Assembly: GCA_008080735.1 (NCBI GenBank) | Contig: SHMW01000005.1 | Coordinates: 24,135-88,134, forward strand | Direction of reading: 5' to 3' | DNA: 64,000 bases | DNA from: Promethearchaeota archaeon | GTDB taxonomy: Archaea; Asgardarchaeota; Lokiarchaeia; Sigyniarchaeales; SOKP01 | Shown here: in pieces, positions 17,860-27,861 of the stretch | Numbering within the stretch: position 1 is the stretch's first letter | How the letters are laid out: every line of letters begins with the position of its first letter | The notes under the pieces: model-generated | What the model was told of the DNA's origin: nothing | The model's input: the letters and a program-made list of their open reading frames with translations, nothing else | The model's database searches: none | Translations under genes and position numbers: made by a program

Positions 17860-18753
17860 ATGCCTAAAATCGCTTTTGGAATGATAGTTTTTAATGGCAA
17901 CTATGTATTAAAAGAATGTCTAGAATCAATATATCCTTTTGCTAATCAAATACTTATAAGCGAAGGGCCGGTGTCATATTGGCAAAGAAAAGGATATACA
18001 ACATCTGTTGACGGCACTAACGATGTATTGCATGAGTTTTATGATCCAGACAATAAAATAAAGATTGTTCATGGACAGTTTGAAGAAAAAGACGAACAGT
18101 GTAATGCTTATATGAAACACCTAAAAGATGAAAATGAATTTATCTGGAATATTGATAGTGATGAAGTGTTTAAAAATACAGATATGTGGACAATTTGCAA
18201 ATTATTGGATGAGTATCCTATTACTTCTGTAGGATTTAAAAGTTATTCGTTTTATGGTGGTTTTGATAATTATCTAACTGGATTTGAAGAAGCACATGAA
18301 TTCATGCGAATCAGACGCATTTATCCCGGTTCATATTGGGCTACACATCGTCCTCCAACCATTGCACATAAGATTAAAAACGTACAACCAGAAAGACATT
18401 TATCTAGCGATGTGTTATGGAAACAATGTCACATACGAATGTATCATTATAGCTATGTGTTTCCTAGACAGGTTAAAGAAAAGGTTTCATATTACAAATC
18501 TGACATAAGTAAAGACAACTGTATTGATAATTATTTTGAAAATATATATTTGCCATGGGTTAATGGAACTGATCAAGATAAAAAAAATATAGAGGAACAA
18601 TGGGAAGGTGTCCATGAATTTAAACCTAAATACCGTGGCGAATGTTATACTGCCAAATTTGACAATACACATCCCGATGTGATTGTTAAAAACATAGAAG
18701 ATTTAAAAACCAAATACGAAAATCAATTAAATGACTTGGCAAAACGGAATTAA
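17860..18753 (+). CDS. GT2-like glycosyltransferase
   Basis: FGMIVFNG, SVDGT, IDSDE, HYSY...V.EK. Confidence 0.8.
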   Translation: MPKIAFGMIVFNGNYVLKECLESIYPFANQILISEGPVSYWQRKGYTTSVDGTNDVLHEFYDPDNKIKIVHGQFEEKDEQCNAYMKHLKDENEFIWNIDSDEVFKNTDMWTICKLLDEYPITSVGFKSYSFYGGFDNYLTGFEEAHEFMRIRRIYPGSYWATHRPPTIAHKIKNVQPERHLSSDVLWKQCHIRMYHYSYVFPRQVKEKVSYYKSDISKDNCIDNYFENIYLPWVNGTDQDKKNIEEQWEGVHEFKPKYRGECYTAKFDNTHPDVIVKNIEDLKTKYENQLNDLAKRN

Positions 18754-19960
18754 GGGATTTCAGGAACAACTTAACCGCAACATTTCTGAGTTAAACAACG
18801 GTCAATATCCACCACACTGGATTCATTTTTTGCAGTATGTGGATAAAATAAAACACAAGATCAAACGTGTTGTAGACTTGGGCTGTGGTGTTGGAATATA
18901 TAAACCTTTACTAGAACGTCACTATCCAGAATTAGAATATATTGGTATAGATTTTGCACCAGAAGCAATTAAAATTGCTAAAAATCAATGGAACGCACCA
19001 AATAGTTTTAAACAATTAGATATATTTGATTTAGAAAAAGACTTTTTTAGATTAACAGATGTAGTAGTTTTGAATGGTATTTTAGATATCATGGAAGATA
19101 GTCTAAAATTAACTAAATTTATATTTGAATTTAATTTACTACATCTTATATTGCAAAGAGTTCATATAACCGATGGTCCTACAGAATGTGACAAATATCA
19201 AGCGTATTCAGATATAGAATCGTATGACTGTAAAGTTAATAAAAATGCATTCGAATCGTTATTAGAAGAATATTGTTACAAATATGAAAAACAACAAGTA
19301 ATAGATCATTACAACTATTTACTAACTAGTAATAAACAATTAGCATTTATACATTTACCTAAGACCGCCGGAACTTTTATAGGCGAATTGGCTAAATTAA
19401 ACAACAGTATGCATATACATGGCCATAAATCTATTAGGGATATAGACAAGCCATATAAATACATTAATATAGGGTTTGTTAGAAATCCATGGGATTGGCA
19501 TGTTTCTAGGTATTTTTATTTATGCCAGCGTGTAGATAATGTATCAAACAGGAAAATATTAGAACAAGGTATATCTATTAATAATGATTATGGACTTTCA
19601 TCAATCGAGCTAAGAGAAAAATATCCAACTTTGTGCGATTATATCTGCAATTACAAAAGCTCTATGTCAAATAGATTTTGGATGTCTGATATATATAATT
19701 ATATGTTCTATGATCTGGATCGTAAATATTACATAGATTTTATAGGAAAGATAGAAAACCTAAACGAAGACTTGTCATATATATATAAACACCTTGATAT
19801 AGAATTACCAGAACCAACGCCTTATATAAAAGAAAACTGCACAAACAAAAGTAAACATGAGCATTATTCTGTTTATTATGACGATAAATTAATAGATATG
19901 ATATACAATAAAGAGTTCGATATAATTGATAGATACGGATATACATTTGAAAGGCCATAA
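18731..19960 (+). CDS. Fusion of class I SAM methyltransferase and sulfotransferase (Sulfotransfer_2-like)
   Basis: VVDLGCGVG and YIGIDF in the N-half; FIHLPKTAGT, FVRNPWDWHVS and FIGKIENL in the C-half. Confidence 0.85.
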   Translation: MTWQNGIKGFQEQLNRNISELNNGQYPPHWIHFLQYVDKIKHKIKRVVDLGCGVGIYKPLLERHYPELEYIGIDFAPEAIKIAKNQWNAPNSFKQLDIFDLEKDFFRLTDVVVLNGILDIMEDSLKLTKFIFEFNLLHLILQRVHITDGPTECDKYQAYSDIESYDCKVNKNAFESLLEEYCYKYEKQQVIDHYNYLLTSNKQLAFIHLPKTAGTFIGELAKLNNSMHIHGHKSIRDIDKPYKYINIGFVRNPWDWHVSRYFYLCQRVDNVSNRKILEQGISINNDYGLSSIELREKYPTLCDYICNYKSSMSNRFWMSDIYNYMFYDLDRKYYIDFIGKIENLNEDLSYIYKHLDIELPEPTPYIKENCTNKSKHEHYSVYYDDKLIDMIYNKEFDIIDRYGYTFERP

Positions 19961-19961
19961 A

Positions 19962-20948
19962 ATGCGAGCTTTAGTTGCAGGTGCAGGTGGTTTTATAGGT
20001 GGTCATTTGGTCAAGTCTTTACTGGACGATGGCTATGAAGTTCTAGGTGTTGATATCAAACCAATAGAAGATTGGCATCAAGTCCACGATAATTCGCTCA
20101 ATATATATAACACAGATCTTAGATCAATATATTATTGTAATGAAGTAACAAAGAATATAGACGAATGCTACAACTTAGCATGTGACATGGGTGGTATGGG
20201 TTTTATTGAAAATAATAAAGCTCAGTGTATGATTTCAGTATTAATAAACACGCATTTATTAATTTCAGGAACGACCAACGGCGTATCGAAACATTTTTTC
20301 AGTTCTTCAGCCTGTGTTTATGCTGCTGACAAACAAATTAAAGATGGCTATGATGTTTCGCCTTTGAAAGAATCAGATGCATATCCTGCTATGCCAGAAG
20401 ATGGCTATGGATGGGAAAAGCTGTTCTCCGAAAGAATGTGTCGTCATTTTACCGAAGATTTTAATTTGGATACTCGTGTTGCTAGATTTCACAATGTTTA
20501 TGGTCCATATGGCACTTGGACAGGAGGAAGGGAAAAGGCTCCAGCCGCTATATGTCGTAAAGTGATAGAAGCTAAAAAGAATGGAACTAATGAAATTGAA
20601 ATATGGGGAGACGGCAATCAAGCAAGAACATTTACCTATATTACAGACTGCATATATGGTATCAGACAACTAATGAAGTTGGAGAAGAACAATCCTATCG
20701 AACCTATCAATATAGGATCTTCAGAATTAGTAACAATTAATGATTTAGTTTCTATAGTGGAAGAAATAGCGGGAATTACATTAGATAGAAATTATATTTT
20801 AGATGCCCCAAAGGGTGTTCCCGGTAGAAGTAGTAATAACAATTTGATAAAAGAAAAATTAGGATGGGAACCATCCGTATCGCTTAAACAAGGTATGGAA
20901 GAAACTTATAAGTGGATTGAACAGGAATATGATAGAAATACATTATAA
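19962..20948 (+). CDS. NAD-dependent epimerase, GDP-mannose 3,5-epimerase-like
   Basis: GAGGFIG, LACDMGGMGFI, SSSACVY, YGWEK, REKAPAAICRK, IWGDG. Confidence 0.9.
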   Translation: MRALVAGAGGFIGGHLVKSLLDDGYEVLGVDIKPIEDWHQVHDNSLNIYNTDLRSIYYCNEVTKNIDECYNLACDMGGMGFIENNKAQCMISVLINTHLLISGTTNGVSKHFFSSSACVYAADKQIKDGYDVSPLKESDAYPAMPEDGYGWEKLFSERMCRHFTEDFNLDTRVARFHNVYGPYGTWTGGREKAPAAICRKVIEAKKNGTNEIEIWGDGNQARTFTYITDCIYGIRQLMKLEKNNPIEPINIGSSELVTINDLVSIVEEIAGITLDRNYILDAPKGVPGRSSNNNLIKEKLGWEPSVSLKQGMEETYKWIEQEYDRNTL

Positions 20949-21732
20949 AGGCAGGCTTGGTAATAATATATTTCAATACTGTTTAGGTAGAATTATAGCA
21001 TTAAGATTTGGATATGCTGTAAAAATTTCTAATGGCCAGCATTTAAATATAATGCCAGAAATAGACGGTAAGAAAGTATCTCATCCTGTCGATCTTATTG
21101 GCAATAAAAATCATTATGTTATTATTAATGGCGATCATGACAGAAAATTTGTGTTGTCAGGATTTTATCAACGATATGAGTATTACAAAGATTATAAAGA
21201 TAGTATTAAAAATTGGATCAAGTTACCTAGTGTAGATATAGATTTGCCCGATAAAGACGATTTAGTTCTACATGTTCGTGGTGGTGATCTGTGGGGCAAC
21301 AAGAATCATCCTGTTAATGAACATCACACTCCTGCTCCATACTTTTATTATAAACAAATAATTGAGAATTTTAAAGGTAATAATATTTATATTGTTACTG
21401 AAAAATCCGATGATATTGTTATAAAGAAGATTCAGGATAATTTTAACTGTAAGGTTATTTCTAGATCTCCGATAGAAGATTTTATATTTATGATGAACGC
21501 CAGTGAAATCGCTTTGTCTGTAAGTACTTTATCTTGGTGGGCCGCTTGGTTGTCGAATGCATACAAGGTACACTTTCCTAAGTTTGGCATGTGGCATCCA
21601 GATACAGGCAGTGATGTTGACCTACATGTTGACGAATCGCGATATGTTTACCATGAGATTGGCAAAATGAATACTTGGTCAGCATCTGAAGAACAAAAGC
21701 GAATGATTTTAAGTGATAATAATGAATTTTAA
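20929..21732 (+). CDS. GT11 alpha-1,2-fucosyltransferase-like protein
   Basis: GRLGNNIFQY, GFYQ, LHVRGGD, STLSWWAAWL. Confidence 0.85.
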   Translation: MIEIHYKGRLGNNIFQYCLGRIIALRFGYAVKISNGQHLNIMPEIDGKKVSHPVDLIGNKNHYVIINGDHDRKFVLSGFYQRYEYYKDYKDSIKNWIKLPSVDIDLPDKDDLVLHVRGGDLWGNKNHPVNEHHTPAPYFYYKQIIENFKGNNIYIVTEKSDDIVIKKIQDNFNCKVISRSPIEDFIFMMNASEIALSVSTLSWWAAWLSNAYKVHFPKFGMWHPDTGSDVDLHVDESRYVYHEIGKMNTWSASEEQKRMILSDNNEF

Positions 21733-22396
21733 TATAGCCAACAATTGCCAAATAGAACCACATAAGTTTTTAGATGATTTATATATGTTGGTCGAAACTC
21801 ATGGAGATAAATCTTTTGTTGATGTGGGTGCCTATGATGGTATAGATGGGTCTAACACCAGTTGCTTAGCAGAAAAATATTGGCCAGGATTGATGATAGA
21901 AGCAAATAAACAATCGTATAATAAATGCAAGCAATTGTATAAAGATTTTCCCGATATAAATGTTATCAACACAGCTATATCTAACAAAAGACAAAAGTTG
22001 GATATGACACTATCCGGTCCAATGTCTACACTTGCCATTGATAATCAACCGTTGATGAATAGAGTTAAACAACGTAAATTTTCTTTAGCCAAAGTTCAGT
22101 GTCAAACGCTTGATGATGTTTTATATGAATATGAATACGAAAAAATTGGTGTTTTATCGGTAGATGTCGAAGGTTATGAATATAAAGTTTTAGAAGGATT
22201 CGATATACAAAAATTCAGACCGTCTTTATGTATAATTGAATGTCACGAAGGTACAAACCCTTCTACACAAGAAATTTCCGAGTTTTACCAAAAAGAGTTG
22301 GTTGACAACATAAACAAATACTTTGCAAAAAATGATTATAGTAAGATTTATTGTGATCATATTAATAATATTTATATAGATGAATATATACGATAA
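21722..22396 (+). CDS. FkbM-family methyltransferase
   Basis: FVDVGAYDGIDGSNT, LSVDVEGYE. Confidence 0.9.
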   Translation: MNFNIANNCQIEPHKFLDDLYMLVETHGDKSFVDVGAYDGIDGSNTSCLAEKYWPGLMIEANKQSYNKCKQLYKDFPDINVINTAISNKRQKLDMTLSGPMSTLAIDNQPLMNRVKQRKFSLAKVQCQTLDDVLYEYEYEKIGVLSVDVEGYEYKVLEGFDIQKFRPSLCIIECHEGTNPSTQEISEFYQKELVDNINKYFAKNDYSKIYCDHINNIYIDEYIR

Positions 22397-23006
22397 GCTA
22401 AAATTAATATTACCGTCAGAAGATGCTGTCATTATAGAAATAGGAATGCATTATGGAGAAGATACGTTGCGTATCTTGGACATTGTAGATTCTTGCTCAT
22501 ACTATGGCTTTGAGCCAGATCCAAGAAATATAAAAAAAATACAAAAACTAGGAATAGACAAGAAAATAAAATTTTATCCAATCGCTGTTTCTAACTTTGT
22601 TGGTAATACTACAATGTTTCTTTCGTCGGGATCCCTTCATATTAATGACAACTGGACGGGATCTTCTTCAATACTTCAACCAAAAGAACATATACAACAT
22701 TTCCCATGGTGTAAATTTAATGAATGTGTAGATGTACACACCACTACATTAGATTGTTTTACCAAAGATAATAATATAAATTTCGTAGATTTTATCTGGA
22801 TGGACGCCCAAGGTGCCGAATATAAAATATTGTCTAAAGGTAAAGAAACCTTACAAAATACTAAATATTTATACTTTGAATATTATAATAGTGAAATGTA
22901 TTCTGGACAAAAAACATTGACAGAAATATTATACTCACTTGGAAATAATTGGGAAATTATTAAACAATATCCATCTGATATACTGCTGAAAAACACTAAA
23001 TTATGA
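22380..23006 (+). CDS. FkbM-family (NoeI-like) sugar O-methyltransferase
   Basis: IEIG...GED, FEPDP, SSSIL, WMDAQGAE, Y.GQ. Confidence 0.9.
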   Translation: MNIYDKLKLILPSEDAVIIEIGMHYGEDTLRILDIVDSCSYYGFEPDPRNIKKIQKLGIDKKIKFYPIAVSNFVGNTTMFLSSGSLHINDNWTGSSSILQPKEHIQHFPWCKFNECVDVHTTTLDCFTKDNNINFVDFIWMDAQGAEYKILSKGKETLQNTKYLYFEYYNSEMYSGQKTLTEILYSLGNNWEIIKQYPSDILLKNTKL

Positions 23007-23977
23007 AGAAAATTGATTTATTTAAAGTTAACAATTATTCATTAACACCAATGACTTATGATCATTTGCTACATGGATCTGTAGTTAAAGAGTTTGAACA
23101 AAAGATAGCAAGTTTTGTAGGTGCCAAATATGCTGTTGCACTTAATAGTGCTACGTCTGCCATCTTTCTATCAATGAAAATTTTGTCTCCAGATACAGCC
23201 ATTATTCCAAGTATGATTCCACCAGTAGTACCAAATGCTATACGTAATGCTGGTTGTAATGTTATATTTAATATTAACGATATCAATTGGGTTGGTGGTC
23301 CATACAGAATCAAATTTACTGGTAGAAACGAACAGTTTAGACTGATAGACTCGGCACAACATATTAGTAAAAATCAATATATATCAAGTTATAATTCTTC
23401 CAAAGATGATGTTGCTATAGTCTATAGTTTTTATCCAACCAAGCCCATTGGAGGTATAGATGGTGGTATTATTGTTTCTGACAATAAAGGATTTATCGAT
23501 AAAGTTAGGATGATGGCATATAACGGCATGGATCATAGTGATAATAGTTGGGATAGAGAACCAATAGATTATGGTTGGAAAATGTATATGAGTTCTACAC
23601 AAGCAGATTTTGCACTTAGAAGTTTTTACGATTTTAAACACAACATTGTTAAATTAGATTATATTCGACAACTCTATAATAAATTATTTAGGATTAATAA
23701 CTATAGTTATCATTTATATAGGATTCGTGTCTATAACAATATTGATTTTATAAAATATGCAAACAAAAATCAGATAACATGTGGTATACATTATAAATAC
23801 TGCCATAAACAAAATATATATAAACAGCCTGGGTTTTCCACAGTTGGAACTGACGATAATTTAGACGAAACATTCGTAAGTATTCCTTTCCATGTTGGTA
23901 TGAATGACGATCAGGTGAATTATATAGGTGATAAATATTATGAATATATGCAAGATAAGAAATCCACAAAGTCTTAA
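23003..23977 (+). CDS. DegT/DnrJ/EryC1/StrS PLP-dependent sugar aminotransferase
   Basis: FE...A...GAKYAVALNSATSA, DSAQ, SFYPTKPIGGIDGG, GIHY. Confidence 0.9.
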   Translation: MKKIDLFKVNNYSLTPMTYDHLLHGSVVKEFEQKIASFVGAKYAVALNSATSAIFLSMKILSPDTAIIPSMIPPVVPNAIRNAGCNVIFNINDINWVGGPYRIKFTGRNEQFRLIDSAQHISKNQYISSYNSSKDDVAIVYSFYPTKPIGGIDGGIIVSDNKGFIDKVRMMAYNGMDHSDNSWDREPIDYGWKMYMSSTQADFALRSFYDFKHNIVKLDYIRQLYNKLFRINNYSYHLYRIRVYNNIDFIKYANKNQITCGIHYKYCHKQNIYKQPGFSTVGTDDNLDETFVSIPFHVGMNDDQVNYIGDKYYEYMQDKKSTKS

Positions 23978-24356
23978 AACATTCATCGATCGTGATGGTC
24001 GGCTAACACCAGTTGAATTTTACGATGTACCGTTTAAACCTAAACGTATGTTCTATGTTACCAATGTGCCTAAAAATGATATACGCGGAGGACACGCACA
24101 TTATGAAACACAACAACTGCTGATATGTATTGACGGTAGGATAGGTGTCATGTTGTTTGATGGATATAATGAACATTATACCGTAATAGAAAAAGACGAA
24201 GCGGTATTTGTAGATAAAATGATATGGGATTCTCAAATATTTTTGACAGGTAACGATGTTATGGTATCTTTATGTTCTACCAATTATGACAAAAACGATT
24301 ATATTGAGAATAAGGAACAATTTATAAAATTAGTTAAGGATAAGTCATATGAATGA
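23940..24356 (+). CDS. FdtA/QdtA-family sugar 3,4-ketoisomerase (cupin)
   Basis: DRDGRL..VE...VPF.PKR.FY, RGGHAH, Y...DYI. Confidence 0.9.
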   Translation: MNICKIRNPQSLKTFIDRDGRLTPVEFYDVPFKPKRMFYVTNVPKNDIRGGHAHYETQQLLICIDGRIGVMLFDGYNEHYTVIEKDEAVFVDKMIWDSQIFLTGNDVMVSLCSTNYDKNDYIENKEQFIKLVKDKSYE

Positions 24357-25092
24357 AATAATAAGAAATTTATCTAATAAGATAACCAAACCTGTTACTG
24401 TATTTGATTTAGAAACAACAGATGTAGATCATAATACATGTGATATTGTCCAATTCTACGGTTGTCGAGTTTCTAAAGATAAAGACCCATTAGAAATTTC
24501 GTTTATCTGTAAACCTAGAATTCCAATAGAAAATGGTGCTGCTGAAGTACATGGTATAACCAACGAAATAGCAGACACTTATAGTGGTATACAAACACAT
24601 ATCAAACGTGTTTATGAATTGTTTGCTAATGCAGACGTGGCCGGATACAATATTAAGAGGTTCGATTTGCCAGTTATGGATAGAATTTTAAGAGAATTTG
24701 GTTTTCATGATACTTTTAAGGATTCATATATATATGATGCATATCCAATATACTTGACACATTCACCAAGAAATTTATCAGAATCATATAAATATTATTT
24801 ACAAAAAGAATTAAAAGATGCACATGACGCATCGGCTGATTCTCTAGCTACTATAGAAATAATTAACGCCCAGTTAGATAAAGAAAACAAAAACTTAATT
24901 GATTTATCAGATAATCCTAATGACAGAGTGGGATTTAGCGATCATATTATTATAGAGGGTGGAAACCATATTATAAACTTTGGTAAATACAAAGGAACAT
25001 TGGTTAAAGATGTTGACAAAGGTTTCTTAAAATGGGTGTTGAACAAGGATTTTCCAGAACCAGTTAAAAGCGTGATAAAAAGGTATGTCTGA
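24349..25092 (+). CDS. DnaQ-like 3'-5' exonuclease with C-terminal DUF3820-like domain
   Basis: FDLETT, VHGIT, GYNIKRFD, AHDASAD, FGKYKG...FLKW. Confidence 0.9.
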   Translation: MNEIIRNLSNKITKPVTVFDLETTDVDHNTCDIVQFYGCRVSKDKDPLEISFICKPRIPIENGAAEVHGITNEIADTYSGIQTHIKRVYELFANADVAGYNIKRFDLPVMDRILREFGFHDTFKDSYIYDAYPIYLTHSPRNLSESYKYYLQKELKDAHDASADSLATIEIINAQLDKENKNLIDLSDNPNDRVGFSDHIIIEGGNHIINFGKYKGTLVKDVDKGFLKWVLNKDFPEPVKSVIKRYV

Positions 25093-25523
25093 TGTTATCA
25101 GAACAATCCAAAAAAGCTATAGAAAACATAATGATTAATGATATAATCATTAACCATATAGAGGATAATGATTTTATTGTAGAACTTGTAAGTAAAAAGT
25201 GTCATAAAGAAATTTTGTATAACCAATTTAAACAGGACACAAAACAATCTAATTCCATATATCAGATTGTATCATTTGCAAAAATTGTAATTAGAAATGA
25301 AACCAATGGGTTTGCTAAATTAGATAGAATATATCTACCAACAGATATATATAATAAACTAAAATCTCAGTCTGAAGGCAAAAACTTTACTATTTATGGA
25401 GTTAAAGTTCTTGAAACTACACACAGAAAGTGTGAATGGATAGCGGCTATTGCTAAGTGCGATGAAATATCTAACAGATCTCTTGGATACAAGGTTGTAA
25501 TCGATGGCGAAATCGAGATTTGA
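25092..25523 (+). CDS. Hypothetical protein
   Basis: ORF coupled to neighbours. Confidence 0.7.
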   Translation: MLSEQSKKAIENIMINDIIINHIEDNDFIVELVSKKCHKEILYNQFKQDTKQSNSIYQIVSFAKIVIRNETNGFAKLDRIYLPTDIYNKLKSQSEGKNFTIYGVKVLETTHRKCEWIAAIAKCDEISNRSLGYKVVIDGEIEI

Positions 25524-26070
25524 TTACAGAAGCAAAAGTGCATTCAAGAAAGATATTAAGCAATCTTCGATAGAAGAAGCTGAAATAGCAATTCGTATCG
25601 CTGTTGACATCAGTGAAAGACTAGGATTTTGGACTGATATAATACCATTTGGCACAGACTATACTGGTGAATTTAAAAAAGATGTCAATCATGTAAATCT
25701 AGAACCAGATTATATCATATGTGGCGTTCCTATAGAAATAACAAGGTCTAAAAATATATGTCATACTTATTTTCACGAAAAGGTTGCTAAAACCAATTTT
25801 TGCATTAAGAATAATTATGAGATGTGTTTTGTTAATGGATTCAAGTTAGACAATCCAAAATATATTATGATAAATTCTGAACAACTTAAAACTTTTACAC
25901 AATTAGCTTTATTGACATATGGTAAGATTAAACATTACCACAGTGGTAGTAAACCTTGTTATAAATACAATATAAAATGGTTTGATGGATTGTGGCGTGA
26001 TTTACCACCAATACCCAATGATATACCGAAGAACTATCGATCCATACTAAAGGATGTTAAATGTCAATAG
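25504..26070 (+). CDS. Hypothetical protein, possible PD-(D/E)XK-fold nuclease
   Basis: EE.E....EPDY......EITRSK pattern. Confidence 0.5.
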   Translation: MAKSRFDYRSKSAFKKDIKQSSIEEAEIAIRIAVDISERLGFWTDIIPFGTDYTGEFKKDVNHVNLEPDYIICGVPIEITRSKNICHTYFHEKVAKTNFCIKNNYEMCFVNGFKLDNPKYIMINSEQLKTFTQLALLTYGKIKHYHSGSKPCYKYNIKWFDGLWRDLPPIPNDIPKNYRSILKDVKCQ

Positions 26071-26408
26071 CAAACTGTAATGTGTATAGGGTGTATAGAT
26101 GCTGTAATTGTAAGGCTGAGATTGGAATAAACCAACTAGCATCTGATGATTGGTTTAAAAATTGCCCAATGTGTAAGCAGGATGAATTGATTATTAAATC
26201 TGCTAAATTATCAATTAATACTATTGTTGATGGTCAAACTCCACAAACTATTGGGTCATTAGCTGATAAAAACAGAGATATTAAACTTAAGAATGGAGAG
26301 ATTAAAGAGAAGAAAAAACCACCTAGGCCATGGTGGCGTAAATCAGATAAGATTAATTTTGATATACTTAAAAATCCAAGAAGATATATAGAAACCGGTA
26401 AAACATAA
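26061..26408 (+). CDS. FmdB-like zinc-ribbon protein
   Basis: YRCCNC...CPMCKQ; TIGSLADKN; PWW. Confidence 0.75.
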   Translation: MSIANCNVYRVYRCCNCKAEIGINQLASDDWFKNCPMCKQDELIIKSAKLSINTIVDGQTPQTIGSLADKNRDIKLKNGEIKEKKKPPRPWWRKSDKINFDILKNPRRYIETGKT

Positions 26409-26698
26409 TGAATATTGACTCAGAAACTAATCTTGCACTAGAACATGAAATTAGATGTTCTAATTGTAATAAACCATTGGTAAATGTTGGTGTTTATTCA
26501 AATAAAGGAGAAATTGTCACAAGATATAGAGTGATTAGATGTGCATATTGTGGTGGTAAATCTTTTTTGACACCAGAATTTAGAGGTAAAACAATTTTCG
26601 GTTCTGTAAAAGAAAATATAGATGTTATGGTGGATAATATTGAAACTAAAGACGATACTAATAGTGTGGTATATCTAGTAACCAAAATAAAGGAATGA
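26408..26698 (+). CDS. Zinc-ribbon protein
   Basis: CSNC and CAYCGG. Confidence 0.7.
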   Translation: MNIDSETNLALEHEIRCSNCNKPLVNVGVYSNKGEIVTRYRVIRCAYCGGKSFLTPEFRGKTIFGSVKENIDVMVDNIETKDDTNSVVYLVTKIKE

Positions 26699-27054
26699 TA
26701 ATGAATATTGAAGATTTTGTAATACGAAGCGATCCAAAATATAAAGTTGATAAAACGTTTTACAACGCAAAGGGACAAGACACTAAGAACACTAGTGAGG
26801 CTGTTGCTATTAAGATGATGGTAGAGAACAATGGTCATCAAGAAATATATAAAATACTTGTTTCGGTAAAAGGAGAAGTCTTTAATCCCATTGACAAACA
26901 TCGTGTTGATTCTAGGACAAGTGAAAAGATGCCTATGTTTAAATTCAAATCGGTAAGTCCAAAAATTTTCAACGATTATATTAAGTTTTTGCAAAGTAAA
27001 AATAAAAGTAATAGTGCATACAATTCAATCAATCGAGAGGTGTTGTCGTTATGA
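26695..27054 (+). CDS. Hypothetical protein
   Basis: ORF with ATGA overlap. Confidence 0.7.
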   Translation: MIMNIEDFVIRSDPKYKVDKTFYNAKGQDTKNTSEAVAIKMMVENNGHQEIYKILVSVKGEVFNPIDKHRVDSRTSEKMPMFKFKSVSPKIFNDYIKFLQSKNKSNSAYNSINREVLSL

Positions 27055-27308
27055 ACGAAGATTATATAAAAGAAGAAATTCAGAAATATTTAGATCGATC
27101 AAAGGCTATAACGTTTAGTAACCAGCGTGGTAAAACATTATTTATCAATAAGATTATTGACATTATTAACGATGGCAAAAATAAGGAAGAAGATGATTAT
27201 TCAAATACAAGAAACTGTGTGATACGCACTAAAAATCCAGAAGATGTAGCTGGTTATGCCGTTATGACGCCAGAGATGTCGGCACAAAGTGATGAAAAAT
27301 CAAATTAA
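27051..27308 (+). CDS. Hypothetical protein
   Basis: ORF with GAGG SD. Confidence 0.7.
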   Translation: MNEDYIKEEIQKYLDRSKAITFSNQRGKTLFINKIIDIINDGKNKEEDDYSNTRNCVIRTKNPEDVAGYAVMTPEMSAQSDEKSN

Positions 27309-27861
27309 TTGGTCAAACCCCAAATGGGATCATGCAGGAAAACTACCAAAGGAATTTGATTCATTATTCAATCCAGGGAGTAAGATTACTTGGACACAAT
27401 ATATAGCAGAATTAATAATCAAAAACAGGGTTAAATATATTAAAAGTTATCCTAAAATTACCATTGGTAACAATTGGTATCATCCTATCAATGCAGAAGT
27501 AAGAAAGTTATGTCAAAGTGCTTCTTATATAATTAAATTTTTCCCTCATTATAAAGATAATAGTTCAGTGATACCAGCTTTTCGTAGATATATAACGTCC
27601 AAACCAGTGTTCAAGCTTGGTATGCCTAAAAAATCTTTGGTCAAAAAAAATGGAAAGGCAAATATTACTCAGCATGAAAAGGATATTATTCTTGGCGTAT
27701 GGAGTTATATAAAAGATATAGAAAGTGTCAAAAGTAAAGCTGATATTGTCGATAATAAGGTATGCAAGAAAGATAGTATTAAATTTGATACCGGATCGGT
27801 TGGTAAGAAAAAATCTGGGATTAGAAATCTCAGAAATATAGAGGATGGCTTAAGTGGATAA
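27289..27861 (+). CDS. Basic hypothetical protein
   Basis: ORF. Confidence 0.7.
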   Translation: MMKNQINWSNPKWDHAGKLPKEFDSLFNPGSKITWTQYIAELIIKNRVKYIKSYPKITIGNNWYHPINAEVRKLCQSASYIIKFFPHYKDNSSVIPAFRRYITSKPVFKLGMPKKSLVKKNGKANITQHEKDIILGVWSYIKDIESVKSKADIVDNKVCKKDSIKFDTGSVGKKKSGIRNLRNIEDGLSG

